DNA from: Candidatus Eiseniibacteriota bacterium | GTDB lineage: Bacteria > Eisenbacteria > RBG-16-71-46 > CAIMUX01 > VGJL01 | Direction: 5' to 3' | Assembly (NCBI GenBank): GCA_041946735.1 | Contig: JBHGAY010000009.1 | Location: 64,001 to 128,000, forward strand | Length of the DNA: 64,000 bases | Shown: positions 18,626 to 29,511 of the stretch, piece after piece | How the letters are laid out: each line of letters opens with the position of its first letter | Numbering within the stretch: the first letter of the stretch is position 1 | Notes under the pieces: model-generated | What the model was told of the DNA's origin: nothing | Database searches by the model: none | Seen by the model: the letters and a program-made list of their open reading frames with translations, nothing else | Translations under genes and position numbers: made by a program

Positions 18626-19660
18626 TCAGTCGCAGTAGAGGCGCTGCGGCTTCGGTGCCATCGTGCGGTCGTAGAGTCGGCGCACCATCGGCAGAACCAA
18701 CTCCTCCGCCTCGCTGATCGTCCCGGGCAGGAAGGCTCCGGCTGCGGTCGGCCGCCCTCCCCCGCCGATCCGCGTCGCGAGAGCGCCAACGTCGTGCTTG
18801 CCCTTCGACCGGAACGTCACGCGCACCCCCGAGCCGAGCACCTCCCGGAAGAGGATGCACAGGTCGATGTTCTGGATGGCGAGCAGGTTGTCGAGGATCC
18901 CGTCGCCGTCCTGCAGGACCGTGCGCGTCTCGACGAACGTCGTGTGCGGCACCGAGAGCCAGGCGACCTTGCCGTCCCGCTCGTGCCGCAGATTCGCGAG
19001 CGCACGCCGGTAGAGGTCGAACCGCTCGAAGCTCTCGCTCTGGAAGATCCAGCGGGCGACGCTGGCGTGGTCGGCGCCGTGTCGCAGAAGGTCCGCCGCG
19101 ACCAGGACCGCCCGGTTCGTCGTCTGCGGAAGGCGCAGGCCGCCCGTGTCGAACATCAGGCTGGCGTAGAGCGCCTGGGCGATGTCGGGATCGATGCGCA
19201 CTCCCGCCCAGCGGAAGTAGTGGTAAAGCATCTCGCCGGTGCTGCACGCGGAGGGATCGATCAGCTCGAGATCGCCGAAGTCTCCGATCGGATGGTGATG
19301 GTCGACAGAGACGACCGGTAGGCCGCTCGAGCGGAGGATCTCGGCGAGCGGACCGATGTAGCTCCACTGGCTGACGTCGAGAGCGATCAGGATCTCCGTC
19401 CCTGGAGGAATCGGGGGAGCCCCGTTCTGCCCGAGGTAGCGGGCAGGAAACAGGTCCATCAGAAACCGGTAGCACGGCCGCGCGGGCGTCGGATTCAGTA
19501 TCTGAACCGTCTTCCCTCGCTCCCTCAGATGGAGAGCGAGGGCCACTTCAGACCCGATCGAATCCCCTTCGGGGAACACGTGCGATGTGAGCAAGAACCG
19601 ATCGTATCTGTCGAGAACCTGTCGCAGACTATCCCAACCCCGGCCCGGTCCTGCGTCCAT
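18626..19660 (-). CDS. DHH/DHHA1 phosphoesterase (NrnA-like)
   Basis: TSHVFPEGDSIGS, ALD, VDHH, DTGG, FRSKG, GGGGRPTAAG. Confidence 0.85.
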   Translation of the reverse strand: MDAGPGRGWDSLRQVLDRYDRFLLTSHVFPEGDSIGSEVALALHLRERGKTVQILNPTPARPCYRFLMDLFPARYLGQNGAPPIPPGTEILIALDVSQWSYIGPLAEILRSSGLPVVSVDHHHPIGDFGDLELIDPSACSTGEMLYHYFRWAGVRIDPDIAQALYASLMFDTGGLRLPQTTNRAVLVAADLLRHGADHASVARWIFQSESFERFDLYRRALANLRHERDGKVAWLSVPHTTFVETRTVLQDGDGILDNLLAIQNIDLCILFREVLGSGVRVTFRSKGKHDVGALATRIGGGGRPTAAGAFLPGTISEAEELVLPMVRRLYDRTMAPKPQRLYCD

Positions 19661-19793
19661 GCGATTCGCCCCTCGCCGACTCGTTCGCGGAACCGATACT
19701 CCGTCTATATGTCGCCCTGCGTCTTTCGGGAACAGGGCGTTCGAATTCGCCAGGGTTGGAAACTCCCATGGCCGATCCGTCATGTCAACAAAT

Positions 19794-20219
19794 TCATTGC
19801 GACATATTCGTAAATCTTTCGTGCAACGAGACTTCCAGGAGACGAACGAACGCCGAACGAGGCCACACCTGGTCGGTTCCGGCTTCTCGAAGAGCGCGAA
19901 GGCCGCCGGCGTCGACGTGCGAGCCGAATCCCCAGATCGACCAGGAGGATTCCGTCTGCCCGCCGGCCCGGGCTGCGTCGATCGCGTGACGGATCGCTTC
20001 GATGCCGGCATCGAGATCGACGAGGAGCACGCCGCCGGGAGAATCGAGCGCGGCGCCGGCCTCGAGTTGCGAGATTCTGCGGAAGGCGAGGCGCAATCGC
20101 TTCGCGATCGCTTCGATGCGGCTCGAGAAGATCAGATCGTCGGATAGGAGGACCACGCGGCGCGCGCCGGGCGGCATCTCGCTCATCCGTTGTCGCCCAT
20201 CCGGTGGCGCCTCGCTCAT
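19794..20219 (-). CDS. Small atypical receiver-domain-like protein
   Basis: VVLLSDDLIFSSRI...LLVDLD...FGSHVD...AGTDQVWPRS; no canonical Lys; alternative start 20186. Confidence 0.6.
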   Translation of the reverse strand: MSEAPPDGRQRMSEMPPGARRVVLLSDDLIFSSRIEAIAKRLRLAFRRISQLEAGAALDSPGGVLLVDLDAGIEAIRHAIDAARAGGQTESSWSIWGFGSHVDAGGLRALREAGTDQVWPRSAFVRLLEVSLHERFTNMSQ

Positions 20220-20241
20220 CGAGTCCTCCGAGGGGGACGGC

Positions 20242-21273
20242 TCACTCCGCCTCTGCGCGACGCGGAAGCCCGGATTCCGCGAACGGGAGCGCTTCCACCG
20301 TGCCGGTCACGCCACCGGCCGTCACTTCCCTTCCTGCGAGCGGCGCGTCGATCCGAAGCACCGCAAGGCCCAGATCGTCCCCGCCGGTGCGCGATGGCGC
20401 GAAGCTCGTGAGACGGCCCAGCGGCTCCGAACCGGACTCGGCGAGGAACACCTCGGGACCTTCTCCGTGGCCTTCGCGGCGATCGAAGGCCGAGGCGGCG
20501 GTGAAGCGGGATCCGGCAGCGAAGCGGATCCCGAGGAGCGCACGATGCACCTTCCCTTGAAAGTGGATGCGAGCGATCGTCTCCTGGCCGACGTAGCAGC
20601 CCTTCTGGTAGTGCACCGCCTCCTCGAGCCCGGCCTCCATCGGAAAGAGCGCGCCGTCGACGTCCTTGCCGAAAAGAGGCCGACCCGCCTCGATGCGCAG
20701 CCGCTCGAGCGTCTCCGAGCCGATCGGGACGGCGTCCGCCTGCGCGAGCGCCTCCTCGAGCCCGTTCCCCTCGGAAAGCAGCAGGAGCCGGTCATTCGGC
20801 CCGACCTCGCGCACCTTCCAGAACTCCACGCCGCGAGCTGGCGGGACCCGGTCGGAACCCGGGCCTGTCAGGAGCAGGAGCCTCTGGTCCTCTCGCCGAT
20901 CGATCGCGAGCGATTCGAGGAAGTGGAACTGATGGAGGATCGCCAGGACGCCGGCCGCAGTCGAGGAGTCGAGGACAAGGTGCGCACCGTCTTCGAGCCG
21001 GAGGAGGCGGAGCGGCGCGAGGAGGTGGCCTTTCCGCTCGAGCAGGCAGGCGAGGCGGCTCTCGCCCGGGCGCATCCCGGCGACGTCCTGCGTCAGCATC
21101 CCTTGAAGGAAGGAGATGGCATCGGGACCGCGCACCGAGACGATCGCCCGTCGGGGAAGCGGCGTGTACGCGATGCGCCACCGCGCCGCTTCGTACTCCT
21201 CGCGCGGATCGCCGAAAAGAGGCGGGACGTGCGTCGCCGCCTGCGCGTGTCGCTCGCGGGCCGCCTCGCTCAC
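20242..21273 (-). CDS. ygfZ: Folate-binding YgfZ/GcvT-family protein
   Basis: GPDAISFLQGMLTQDV, RIEAG, KGCYVGQE signature. Confidence 0.88.
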   Translation of the reverse strand: MSEAARERHAQAATHVPPLFGDPREEYEAARWRIAYTPLPRRAIVSVRGPDAISFLQGMLTQDVAGMRPGESRLACLLERKGHLLAPLRLLRLEDGAHLVLDSSTAAGVLAILHQFHFLESLAIDRREDQRLLLLTGPGSDRVPPARGVEFWKVREVGPNDRLLLLSEGNGLEEALAQADAVPIGSETLERLRIEAGRPLFGKDVDGALFPMEAGLEEAVHYQKGCYVGQETIARIHFQGKVHRALLGIRFAAGSRFTAASAFDRREGHGEGPEVFLAESGSEPLGRLTSFAPSRTGGDDLGLAVLRIDAPLAGREVTAGGVTGTVEALPFAESGLPRRAEAE

Positions 21274-22082
21274 GATCCCGTCGCCTTGCGGTATTCCTTA
21301 TCCGCCTCCGGCATCCACTCCTCGAGCTGCCGGACGCGCGTCCCATGGCTCGGGTGCGTGCTCAGCCATTCGGGCGGCGCGCCCCCCTTCGACTGCTGCT
21401 CCATCCGCTGCCAGAACTGGATCGCGGCATGCGGATCGTAGCCGGCGCGAGCCATGTAAACGAGTCCGATGTGGTCCGCCTCGCTCTCCTGACTCCGGCT
21501 GAACGGCAGGAGGAAGCCGACCTGGGCGCCGACGCCGTAGGCGGCGAGGACGAGGTTCTGCGTCGCGGCGCTCTTCTCGTTCAACAGCGCCTGCAATCCC
21601 ATCCCTCCGAGCTGCAGGGCGAGCTGATCCGTCATTCGCTCCCCGCCGTGGCGCGCGACCGCATGGGCGATCTCGTGCGACATCACCGTCGCAAGCCCCG
21701 CCTCGTTCTCCGTCACCGGGAGGATGCCGGTGTAGACGGCGACCTTGCCGCCCGGAAGGCAGAACGCGTTGACCACCTTGTCGTTCTTGATCAGGTTGAA
21801 TTCCCAGTCGTAGTCCTTCTTGTTCGAGACCGCGGCGATGCGGCGACCTACGCGCCGGACCATTTCGACGTCCGGGCCGGACTGCACGACCTCCTCTTGT
21901 TTCAGCAGCTGCTGGTAGCTGTCGGCGCCCAGGGCGATCTCCTCGCCTTCGGGAATCAGGTTGAAGCTTTTCCTGCCGGTGATCGGGACGGTGGCGCACG
22001 CGGCGAGGACGACGAGCAAGAGCAGGAGCGAAGCGGCGAGCGGACGGGCGCGATGCCGCGCGAATGACCGTGGCTTCACCAT
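21270..22082 (-). CDS. M48 family zinc metalloprotease lipoprotein
   Basis: Lipobox LAAC, NAFCLPGG, HEIAH, ESEADHIG, LSTHP. Confidence 0.92.
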   Translation of the reverse strand: MVKPRSFARHRARPLAASLLLLLVVLAACATVPITGRKSFNLIPEGEEIALGADSYQQLLKQEEVVQSGPDVEMVRRVGRRIAAVSNKKDYDWEFNLIKNDKVVNAFCLPGGKVAVYTGILPVTENEAGLATVMSHEIAHAVARHGGERMTDQLALQLGGMGLQALLNEKSAATQNLVLAAYGVGAQVGFLLPFSRSQESEADHIGLVYMARAGYDPHAAIQFWQRMEQQSKGGAPPEWLSTHPSHGTRVRQLEEWMPEADKEYRKATGS

Positions 22083-22256
22083 GGTTGCCTCCTTTCCTGT
22101 CAGGTTAGACGATTCCCGGCTCGTCCAACACGAGCGCGGAGAGGCATGAGCGACAAGCGCACGCGGGGCGAACGTATCGGGGCGTATCGCCGGGCGGCGA
22201 TCACGCGGAGAACACCCGGGGCCGGACGTCCGGCGCGAGGGCGGAACAGCGAGAAG

Positions 22257-22285
22257 TTTACCAACGTGCGTCAATCCGATAGCTT
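22257..22285 (+). promoter_or_regulatory. Candidate sigma70-like promoter of the men operon
   Basis: TTTACC-N17-TAGCTT, followed by GGAGGT SD and ATG 22314. Confidence 0.4.
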
Positions 22286-22313
22286 AAGGTCTTTGGGCGG
22301 AGGTCTCATCCCG

Positions 22314-23813
22314 ATGCCGATCGGTTCGCTTTTCGGTCCTTTCCCCATGCAAGCGACCGGCCAGGAACGGCCGGGTGAAAGCGCGGACGAACCCGCCCTC
22401 GCCACCTGGGTGACGACCCTGTCGTGCGAAGACCTGCTCGCTCTTGGGCGGCAAGCCGACCTCTTCCCCCAGGCCGCCTGGTGGGACTCCGAGACGGGAA
22501 TCGCCTGGATCGGCATCGGCGCCGCCCGGGAGCGGATCGCCCAGCCTCCGGTGCCACCCTGGACCCTCATCGACGACTGCAGGCGGGAGCTCTTGCGGAT
22601 CCCGGCCCCGCAGCAGGCGAGCAAGGTGCTTCGGTATGCAGGCGGAGTTCCGTTCGACCCGGTAGCCGGAGCCCATCCGGAGTGGCCGGCAGGGGGAGCG
22701 ACCCGCTTCTTCCTTCCCCGCCTCTGCCTGCAGCAGGCGCCGGGAAGCCGCCAGGCGATCCTCGCCGTGACCGTGGAAGCCGATCCGGCGCGGCCCGAGA
22801 GGGCGTGCGAGCAGGTGGGCCGCTGGATCGAGACGGTTCGCGGCTGGGCGCTCGCGCGGGGCGGAAGCGGAGCAGCGGCCGGGAACGGCGAGCGCGGGGG
22901 GAACGGCGAGGGCGGAAGGCACGGCGACGGCACCGGCAACGGCGCGGGCGGGGCGGACGGGACGAGCGGCGGCGAGCCCGGCACGCAGCTTCGTGAAGTC
23001 GCGATCCCCGGAGGACAGGAGCGCTTCGAGGCGAGCGTCGCGCAGGCGCTCGCAGCGATCGAACGAGAGGAGATCCGCAAGGTCGTCCTTTCCCGCGACG
23101 TCATCCTCGAAGCTTCGCAGCCGCTCGACCCGTGGGATCTCTTCGCGCGAATCGTTCGACACGCGCCGCCCGGGTTCCCCTTCCTGTTCCGGTTCGACCG
23201 CGAAGGATCCTTCCTCGGCGCTACGCCGGAGCGGCTCGTCCGGGAATCGCGGGGCACGATCTCGTGCGACTGCCTCGCCGGGACGATCGGACGCGGAGCG
23301 GACGCGGCGGAGGACGCTCGCCTCGAGGCGTCGCTGCGGAGCAGCGAGAAGGATCTGCGCGAGCATCGCTTCGTCCTCGACGGAATCCGGGGGGCGCTCG
23401 CGCCGCTGGTCGCACGCATGGAGGTTCCGGCCAGCCCGGAGGTGCGGAAGCTGCCGCGCGTGCAGCACCTCTCCTCGCCGGTCCGCGCCCACCTGCATCC
23501 CGGCGTCGCCCTCGGGGAGATCGCGGCGCGCCTGCATCCGACGCCCGCCGTCGGAGGAGCGCCACGCGAAGCGGCGCTTGCGAAGATCGCCGCTCTCGAG
23601 TCCCGCCCGCGCGGCTGGTACGCCGGCCCGGTCGGATGGATCAGCGCGGGCGAGGCGGATCTCGCCGTCGCGATCCGCTCGGCGATCGTGCGCGGCGCGC
23701 GGCTGACGCTCACCGGGGGCGCAGGGATCGTACGCGGCTCGGACCCTCGATCGGAGTGGGAGGAGACGGCGCGCAAGACCGCCTCGATCCGCTCGCTTCT
23801 CGAGGAACGATGA
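22314..23813 (+). CDS. menF: Isochorismate synthase
   Basis: KVVLSR, GATPERL, LAGT, KDLREH, HPTPAVGG, RGWYAG, GAGIV; first gene of the men operon. Confidence 0.9.
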   Translation: MPIGSLFGPFPMQATGQERPGESADEPALATWVTTLSCEDLLALGRQADLFPQAAWWDSETGIAWIGIGAARERIAQPPVPPWTLIDDCRRELLRIPAPQQASKVLRYAGGVPFDPVAGAHPEWPAGGATRFFLPRLCLQQAPGSRQAILAVTVEADPARPERACEQVGRWIETVRGWALARGGSGAAAGNGERGGNGEGGRHGDGTGNGAGGADGTSGGEPGTQLREVAIPGGQERFEASVAQALAAIEREEIRKVVLSRDVILEASQPLDPWDLFARIVRHAPPGFPFLFRFDREGSFLGATPERLVRESRGTISCDCLAGTIGRGADAAEDARLEASLRSSEKDLREHRFVLDGIRGALAPLVARMEVPASPEVRKLPRVQHLSSPVRAHLHPGVALGEIAARLHPTPAVGGAPREAALAKIAALESRPRGWYAGPVGWISAGEADLAVAIRSAIVRGARLTLTGGAGIVRGSDPRSEWEETARKTASIRSLLEER

Positions 23814-25612
23814 GCGGCGAGAACCGCAACATCGTGTGGGCGGAGCGCCTGCTCGGCGTCCTCCGGAGCGTCTTCTCCGTCCGCTACCTCGTCATGAGCC
23901 CCGGCTCCCGGTCCTCGCCTGTCGTCTGCGCCGCCGCCGAGCCGAGGAGCGGCATCGAGATCCTGATCCAGATCGACGAGCGGTCGGCCGCCTACTTCGC
24001 GCTCGGGCTGGCGAAAGCGACGCAGGCTCCGGTGGCGGCGCTCTGCACTTCCGGCACCGCTGCGGCCAACTTCCATCCCGCGGTCGTCGAGGCCTCGCAC
24101 GCCGGCATCCCCCTGCTGCTGCTGACCGCCGACCGCCCGCCGGAAGAACGCGGAATCGGATCCCCGCAGACGATCGATCAGATCCGTCTCTTCGGCTCCG
24201 CGGTGCGCGACTTCGTCGAGCTGCCGCTCCCGGACGACTCGCCCGGCCGGATCGAACGGATGGAGACGCTCGTCGCCCGCGCCGCGCTCGCGTCGCTCGA
24301 GCCGGTCCCGGGGCCCGTGCAGATCAACGTCCCGTTCCGCGAGCCTCTCGCCCCGGTCCCCGTCCCGCCCGGGGATGGCGCGATCGCCGACCTGTCGGCC
24401 GTGTCCGGCGCTCGCCCTCGCCGGCTGCGCCTGCCCGTCGCGGTGCCGCGCGTCGTCCCTTCCCCCGATCGATCGCGGATCGAGTGGGCGGCCGGACGCG
24501 TCGCGCATGCCGAGCGCGGTCTGATCCTCGCCGGCCCGGACTCGGTGCGCAGCAGCGAGGACCGGTTCGCCTTGCTCCGCCTCGCGCGCCTGACGTGCTT
24601 CCCGGTCCTCGCGGACGTGGCGTCGGGTATTCGCTTCCCCGCCCCGTTCGAGGACACGATGGCCGGTCCGGGGGCACTCCTCTGCTCGCGCGCCGACGCG
24701 TTCCTTCGCGCGCCCGCGCTGCGCCGCGGCCCGGCGCCGGACCTCGTCCTCTGGTGGGGAGAGCTTCCGACGTCGAAGGCGATCCGGGAATACCTCGTCG
24801 CCAGCCGGCCGGAGGTGCTTCGCATCCAGCGCGACGCGCGCGTGTGCGATCCCGACGGCACCGTCACCGGCTCGCTGCTCGGCGATACGGCCGAGACCGC
24901 TTCGCTGCTCGCCGACTTGATGCCGCAGCAACGGGCGCCGGATCGATGGCGGGAGCGCTTCCTGCGAGCCGAGCGCGCCGCCGGATCGGTCGAGCGGGAA
25001 GTCGGAGAGGCGGACGCCGTCCGACTCGCTCTCGCCGCCTGCCCGGCCGGAGCCGCCGTCGTCCTCTCCAACAGCATGCCGGTGCGGTGGGCCGAGACCT
25101 ATGCGGCGGCCGGCAAGTATCTGCGAGTCTTCGTGCAGCGAGGCGCCAACGGTATCGACGGGATCGTCTCGACCGCATTCGGGATCGCGCGAGGGACGGC
25201 CGCGCCGCTTCTCCTCGTCACCGGCGACCTCGCCTTCCTTCACGATCTCGGAGGGCTGCGCCTCGCCCGTTACGCGCGAGCGCCGGTCGCGATCCTCTTG
25301 CTCGACAACGAAGGCGGCGGCATCTTCGCGCACCTGCCGATCGCGCAGTTTGCCGAACTCGACCCGTACTTCCGCACCCCGCACGGCTGCGATCTCGCCG
25401 CGGCGGCGGAGGTCTTCGGCTTGCGTCGCGTGGCGCTCGATTCGCCGCGATCGACGCCCGAGGCGGTCGATCTCGCGCTCTCCCAACAGACCGGCGGGAC
25501 GATGCTTCTCCATCTGAAGACCGACGCGGCGGAAGCGGCGAAGCAGCATCGAGAGCGGATGGAGCGGGTCGCACAGGCGGTCGGCAGCGAGCTTCCGGCG
25601 ACGAGGGACTGA
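23810..25612 (+). CDS. menD: SEPHCHC synthase
   Basis: SPGSRSSP, DERSAAYFALG, TSGTAAAN, TADRP, RGANGIDG, GDLAFLHD. Confidence 0.95.
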   Translation: MSGENRNIVWAERLLGVLRSVFSVRYLVMSPGSRSSPVVCAAAEPRSGIEILIQIDERSAAYFALGLAKATQAPVAALCTSGTAAANFHPAVVEASHAGIPLLLLTADRPPEERGIGSPQTIDQIRLFGSAVRDFVELPLPDDSPGRIERMETLVARAALASLEPVPGPVQINVPFREPLAPVPVPPGDGAIADLSAVSGARPRRLRLPVAVPRVVPSPDRSRIEWAAGRVAHAERGLILAGPDSVRSSEDRFALLRLARLTCFPVLADVASGIRFPAPFEDTMAGPGALLCSRADAFLRAPALRRGPAPDLVLWWGELPTSKAIREYLVASRPEVLRIQRDARVCDPDGTVTGSLLGDTAETASLLADLMPQQRAPDRWRERFLRAERAAGSVEREVGEADAVRLALAACPAGAAVVLSNSMPVRWAETYAAAGKYLRVFVQRGANGIDGIVSTAFGIARGTAAPLLLVTGDLAFLHDLGGLRLARYARAPVAILLLDNEGGGIFAHLPIAQFAELDPYFRTPHGCDLAAAAEVFGLRRVALDSPRSTPEAVDLALSQQTGGTMLLHLKTDAAEAAKQHRERMERVAQAVGSELPATRD

Positions 25613-25616
25613 CCGG

Positions 25617-26552
25617 ATGTCGCGGATCCGCGTCTCGGGTGGGTTGCTCCTGCGCGTGCGCGAGAGCGGCGATCCAGGAAGCGGGGCGAACGCGCCGCCC
25701 GGGCCCGTCGCGGGAGAGGCCGACGCCGCCACACGACGAGAGGAGGAGCCGGGGCCGCCGCCGGCGCTCCTTCTTCACGGCTTCGCGGCGACCGGCGCGT
25801 TCTGGGAGCCGATCGCGCGCGATCTCGACCGCCGCTGCCTGATGCCCGATCTCCCCGGGCACGGGGCGAGCGATGCGCCCGTCCCCTCGGGCTCGTGGCC
25901 GCTCACGCGCGCGGCGGACGCGCTCGCGAGCCTCCTCGACCGCCTCTCGATCGAGCGCGCGGACGTCGTCGCGTACTCGATGGGGGCACGCCTCGCCCTG
26001 CACCTGCTGCTCGGTCACGGCGACCGCGTCCGCCGCGCCGTCCTGATCGGCGCGTCTCCCGGAATCGCGGGCGCGCGTGAACGGCGCGAGAGGATCGAGA
26101 GCGACACGGCCCTCGCCCGCCTGCTCGAGGAGGAAGGGATCGAGGCGTTCCTGAAGATCTGGGAGGCCAAGCCCCTCTTCGCGAGCGAGGCGAGATTGGA
26201 GCGTGAGCGGCGGGACTGGATGCGCGGGTTGCGCCGCGCGAGCGATCCGCGCGGGCTGGCCGCGGCGCTGCTCGCCTTCGGCACCGGCGCCCAGGAGCCG
26301 CTGCACGAGCGGCTCCGAGAGATCCGCGCCGAGACGCTTCTGGTCGCGGGCGGCGAGGACGCAAAGTTCCGCGCCCTGGCGAGCGAGATGGCCGGAGCGA
26401 TGACGTGCGCCAGGGCGGCGATCGTCCCCGGCGCGGGCCACAACGTCCCGCTGGAGGCGCCTCGCGCGACCGTGGCGCTGTTGCGCCGCTTCCTGGCCGA
26501 GGGGCCACCTCCGCTGGACGGCGGCGGCGGCGGCTCCGCCTCGATCGCCTGA
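25617..26552 (+). CDS. menH: SHCHC synthase (alpha/beta hydrolase)
   Basis: LLHGF, DLPGHG, AYSMGAR, GGEDAKF, GAGHN; position in the men operon. Confidence 0.88.
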   Translation: MSRIRVSGGLLLRVRESGDPGSGANAPPGPVAGEADAATRREEEPGPPPALLLHGFAATGAFWEPIARDLDRRCLMPDLPGHGASDAPVPSGSWPLTRAADALASLLDRLSIERADVVAYSMGARLALHLLLGHGDRVRRAVLIGASPGIAGARERRERIESDTALARLLEEEGIEAFLKIWEAKPLFASEARLERERRDWMRGLRRASDPRGLAAALLAFGTGAQEPLHERLREIRAETLLVAGGEDAKFRALASEMAGAMTCARAAIVPGAGHNVPLEAPRATVALLRRFLAEGPPPLDGGGGGSASIA

Positions 26553-26578
26553 GGCCGGCAACCAAGGAGGAAGATCCG

Positions 26579-27415
26579 TTGCACGAGAACGAGGGCGGAG
26601 CGATCCGCTGGCAGAAGGCTCTCGAGTTCGAGGACATCCGCTACGAGAAGGCCGAAGGGATCGCGAAGATCACGATCGCGCGGCCCGAGGTGCGCAACGC
26701 TTTCCGGCCGCAGACCCTCTTCGAGCTGGAGCGCGCGTTCACCGACGTGCGCGAGGATCCGGCGATCGGCGTCGCGATCCTGACCGGCGAAGGGAAGGAA
26801 GCGTTCTGCTCGGGGGGCGATCAGCGGGTGCGCGGCGAGGCGGGCTACGTCGGCTCCGACGGAGTCCCCCGTCTGAACGTCCTCGACTTGCAGAAGCAGA
26901 TCCGCTCGCTGCCGAAGCCGGTGATCGCGATGGTCGCCGGCTACGCGATCGGCGGCGGTCACGTGCTGCACGTCGTCTGCGATCTGACGATCGCGGCGGA
27001 GAACGCCCGCTTCGGGCAGACCGGGCCGAGGGTCGGAAGCTTCGACGGCGGCTTCGGGGCGAGCATCCTCGCCGATCTCGTCGGTCCCAAGAGGGCGAAG
27101 GAGGTCTGGTTCCTCTGCCGGCAGTACGACGCGCGCGAGGCGCTTGCGATGGGGCTCGTCAACGCGGTTGTGCCGCTCGATCAGCTCGAGAGCGAGACCG
27201 TGCGGTGGTGCCGCGACATCCTGCGGCACTCGCCGCTCGCTCTCCGGTGCTTGAAGTCGGCGTTCAACGCCCGCACGGACGGCGAGGCCGGGCTGCAGGA
27301 GCTTGCCGGCAACGCGACGCTGCTCTACTACATGACCGAGGAGGCGCAGGAGGGGCGCAACGCGTATCTCGAGAAGCGCCGCCCCGATTTCTCGCGCTTC
27401 CCGCGGCTTCCCTGA
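26579..27415 (+). CDS. menB: 1,4-dihydroxy-2-naphthoyl-CoA synthase
   Basis: [33 protein letters not shown] start after AAGGAGG. Confidence 0.97.
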   Translation: MHENEGGAIRWQKALEFEDIRYEKAEGIAKITIARPEVRNAFRPQTLFELERAFTDVREDPAIGVAILTGEGKEAFCSGGDQRVRGEAGYVGSDGVPRLNVLDLQKQIRSLPKPVIAMVAGYAIGGGHVLHVVCDLTIAAENARFGQTGPRVGSFDGGFGASILADLVGPKRAKEVWFLCRQYDAREALAMGLVNAVVPLDQLESETVRWCRDILRHSPLALRCLKSAFNARTDGEAGLQELAGNATLLYYMTEEAQEGRNAYLEKRRPDFSRFPRLP

Positions 27416-27471
27416 GTGTCCGCGGGCTCGAGGCGGGGAAGCTGGAGGATGGGGAAACGAGAGGAACGAAC

Positions 27472-28380
27472 GTGACTCCCGCGACGACGGTCCGACCGCC
27501 GCAACGCCGGCTGCCCGCGAGCCCGCTCGCGCTCTGGTGGACGGCGGCGCGGCCGCGCACTCTACCGGCCGCGATCGCGCCGGTGATCGTCGGGACGGCG
27601 ATCGCCGCCGCCGCCCACGCGTTCCGGCCGCTCGTCGCGCTTGCCGCTCTTCTCGGCGCCGTCTGGATCCAGATCGGGACGAACTTCGCCAATGACTACT
27701 TCGACTGGAAGCACGGCGCCGATGCCGCGCGCCAGGGACCGCTACGGGTGACGCAGGCCGGGCTCGTCACCGGACGGCAGATGCGTGTCGCGATCGCGAT
27801 CGCCTTCGCCGCCGCCACCGCCTGCGGCGTCTCGCTCGTGGCGGCGGCCGGATGGCCGGTCGTGGCCATCGGAGTCCTCTCGATCCTCGCCGGGCTCGCC
27901 TACACCGGAGGCCCGTGGCCGCTGGGCTACCACGGGCTCGGGGAGCTCTTCGTCCTCCTCTTCTTCGGCGTCGTCGCCGTCTGCGGCACCTACTACGTGC
28001 AGGCCCGCGCCGTGACCCCGCTCGCGCTGGCGCTCTCGATCCCGGTCGGGCTCCTCTCGGTCGCGATCCTCGTCGTGAACAACCTCCGGGACGAAGCGAG
28101 CGATCGCGCCTCCGGAAAGCGCACGCTGGTCGTGCGCCATGGCGGCCGCTTCGGCCGCGCCGAGTGGTTCGCCGCTGTCGGCGTCGCCTTCGCGGTCCCG
28201 CTGCTGCTGGTCGCGACGCGCCGGCTCGAGCCGCCGGCGCTTTTCGTCCTCGGCGCTCTCGCCCTCGTCCCCTCGCTCGCGCGCACCGTCTCCGGTCCCC
28301 GCCCGGGCCCCGCGCTCGCCGGCACCTCGCGCCTGCTCCTCGTCTACGCCTTCCTGCTCTCGGCCGGGCTCCTGCTGTGA
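27472..28380 (+). CDS. menA: DHNA polyprenyltransferase
   Basis: [24 protein letters not shown], multiple TM helices. Confidence 0.93.
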   Translation: MTPATTVRPPQRRLPASPLALWWTAARPRTLPAAIAPVIVGTAIAAAAHAFRPLVALAALLGAVWIQIGTNFANDYFDWKHGADAARQGPLRVTQAGLVTGRQMRVAIAIAFAAATACGVSLVAAAGWPVVAIGVLSILAGLAYTGGPWPLGYHGLGELFVLLFFGVVAVCGTYYVQARAVTPLALALSIPVGLLSVAILVVNNLRDEASDRASGKRTLVVRHGGRFGRAEWFAAVGVAFAVPLLLVATRRLEPPALFVLGALALVPSLARTVSGPRPGPALAGTSRLLLVYAFLLSAGLLL

Positions 28381-29492
28381 TCGTCGATCTCGCTCCCGTT
28401 CCGTATGTCCTGCGCCTGCGCGAGCCGGTCGTCACCGCGCGCGGCGCGTGGCAGGAGCGCCGCGGCTTCTGGGTGGTCCTCCTCGACGAGCAAGGCGGCC
28501 ACGGAATCGGGGAGGTGGCGCCGCTTCCGGGCTTCGGCACCGAGACGGAGGAGGAGGCGGCCGCCGCGCTCGATCGCCTGCGCGGCGAACGCAGAGCGGA
28601 TCCGCATCCGCAGAAGATCGAGAAGACGCTCGAGTCCTGGGACGTCACGCGAGAGCGGACGCCGGCGCTGTGCGCGGGGCTCGAGCTGGCGCTGCTCGAC
28701 TGGGCGGGACGATGCGCGGGGTTGCCGATCGCCGAGATCCTCGCCACCGCCCCGTGCCGCGAGGTGCCGGTCAACGCGCTCCTCGCCTCCGGCGATCCCG
28801 GCGCGCTCGCGAGCGCGGCGGCCGCGGCGATCGCGGCAGGCTACGGCACGCTGAAGGTCAAGGTGGGGGGACGTGCGATCGAGGAAGACGTCCGCAGGCT
28901 CGAAGCGGTGCGGCGCGCGGCCGGCGGCGCCGTGTCGGCGCGGCTGCGCGCCGACGCGAACGGCTCCTGGTCGGTCGACGAGGCGCGCGCGGCCTGCCAC
29001 CGGCTCGCCGGACTCGATCTCGAATACATCGAGGACCCCGTCGCCACGGCGGAGGATCTCGATGCGCTGCGCGCTGGCTGGGCGGGCGGGCAGCCGCCGG
29101 TGCCGATCGCTGCTGACGCGCTCGCCTCGACTCCCGGCCGCGCTCGCGCGCTGCTCCGGTCGCACGCGATCGACGTGCTCGTACTCAAGCCGGCCGTCCT
29201 CGGAGGGATCCGCCTCGCCGAGCGCCTCGCGCTCGACGCGATCGCGGCCGGCCTGCGGGTCGTCGTCACCTCCGCGCTCGACAGCGCCGTCGGGACCGCA
29301 GGAGCGTTGCACCTCGCCTGCGCGCTTCCGCCTTCCTCCGACACGGAGCGGCCGGTCGCGCACGGGCTCGCCACCGCCGGCCTCTTCGAAGAGATGCCGG
29401 CGGAAGGGCTGCCGGCGCCGGCCGATGGACGCATGCGACTTCCGGACGGCGCGGGCCACGGCGTGCGGCTGCCGTTCGCCTTCCCCTGGTGA
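28377..29492 (+). CDS. menC: o-succinylbenzoate synthase (enolase superfamily)
   Basis: GEVAPLPG, KVKVG, RADANG, YIEDP, LKP. Confidence 0.9.
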   Translation: MIVDLAPVPYVLRLREPVVTARGAWQERRGFWVVLLDEQGGHGIGEVAPLPGFGTETEEEAAAALDRLRGERRADPHPQKIEKTLESWDVTRERTPALCAGLELALLDWAGRCAGLPIAEILATAPCREVPVNALLASGDPGALASAAAAAIAAGYGTLKVKVGGRAIEEDVRRLEAVRRAAGGAVSARLRADANGSWSVDEARAACHRLAGLDLEYIEDPVATAEDLDALRAGWAGGQPPVPIAADALASTPGRARALLRSHAIDVLVLKPAVLGGIRLAERLALDAIAAGLRVVVTSALDSAVGTAGALHLACALPPSSDTERPVAHGLATAGLFEEMPAEGLPAPADGRMRLPDGAGHGVRLPFAFPW

Positions 29493-29511
29493 GGAGCGAC
29501 GGGAGGACCGG

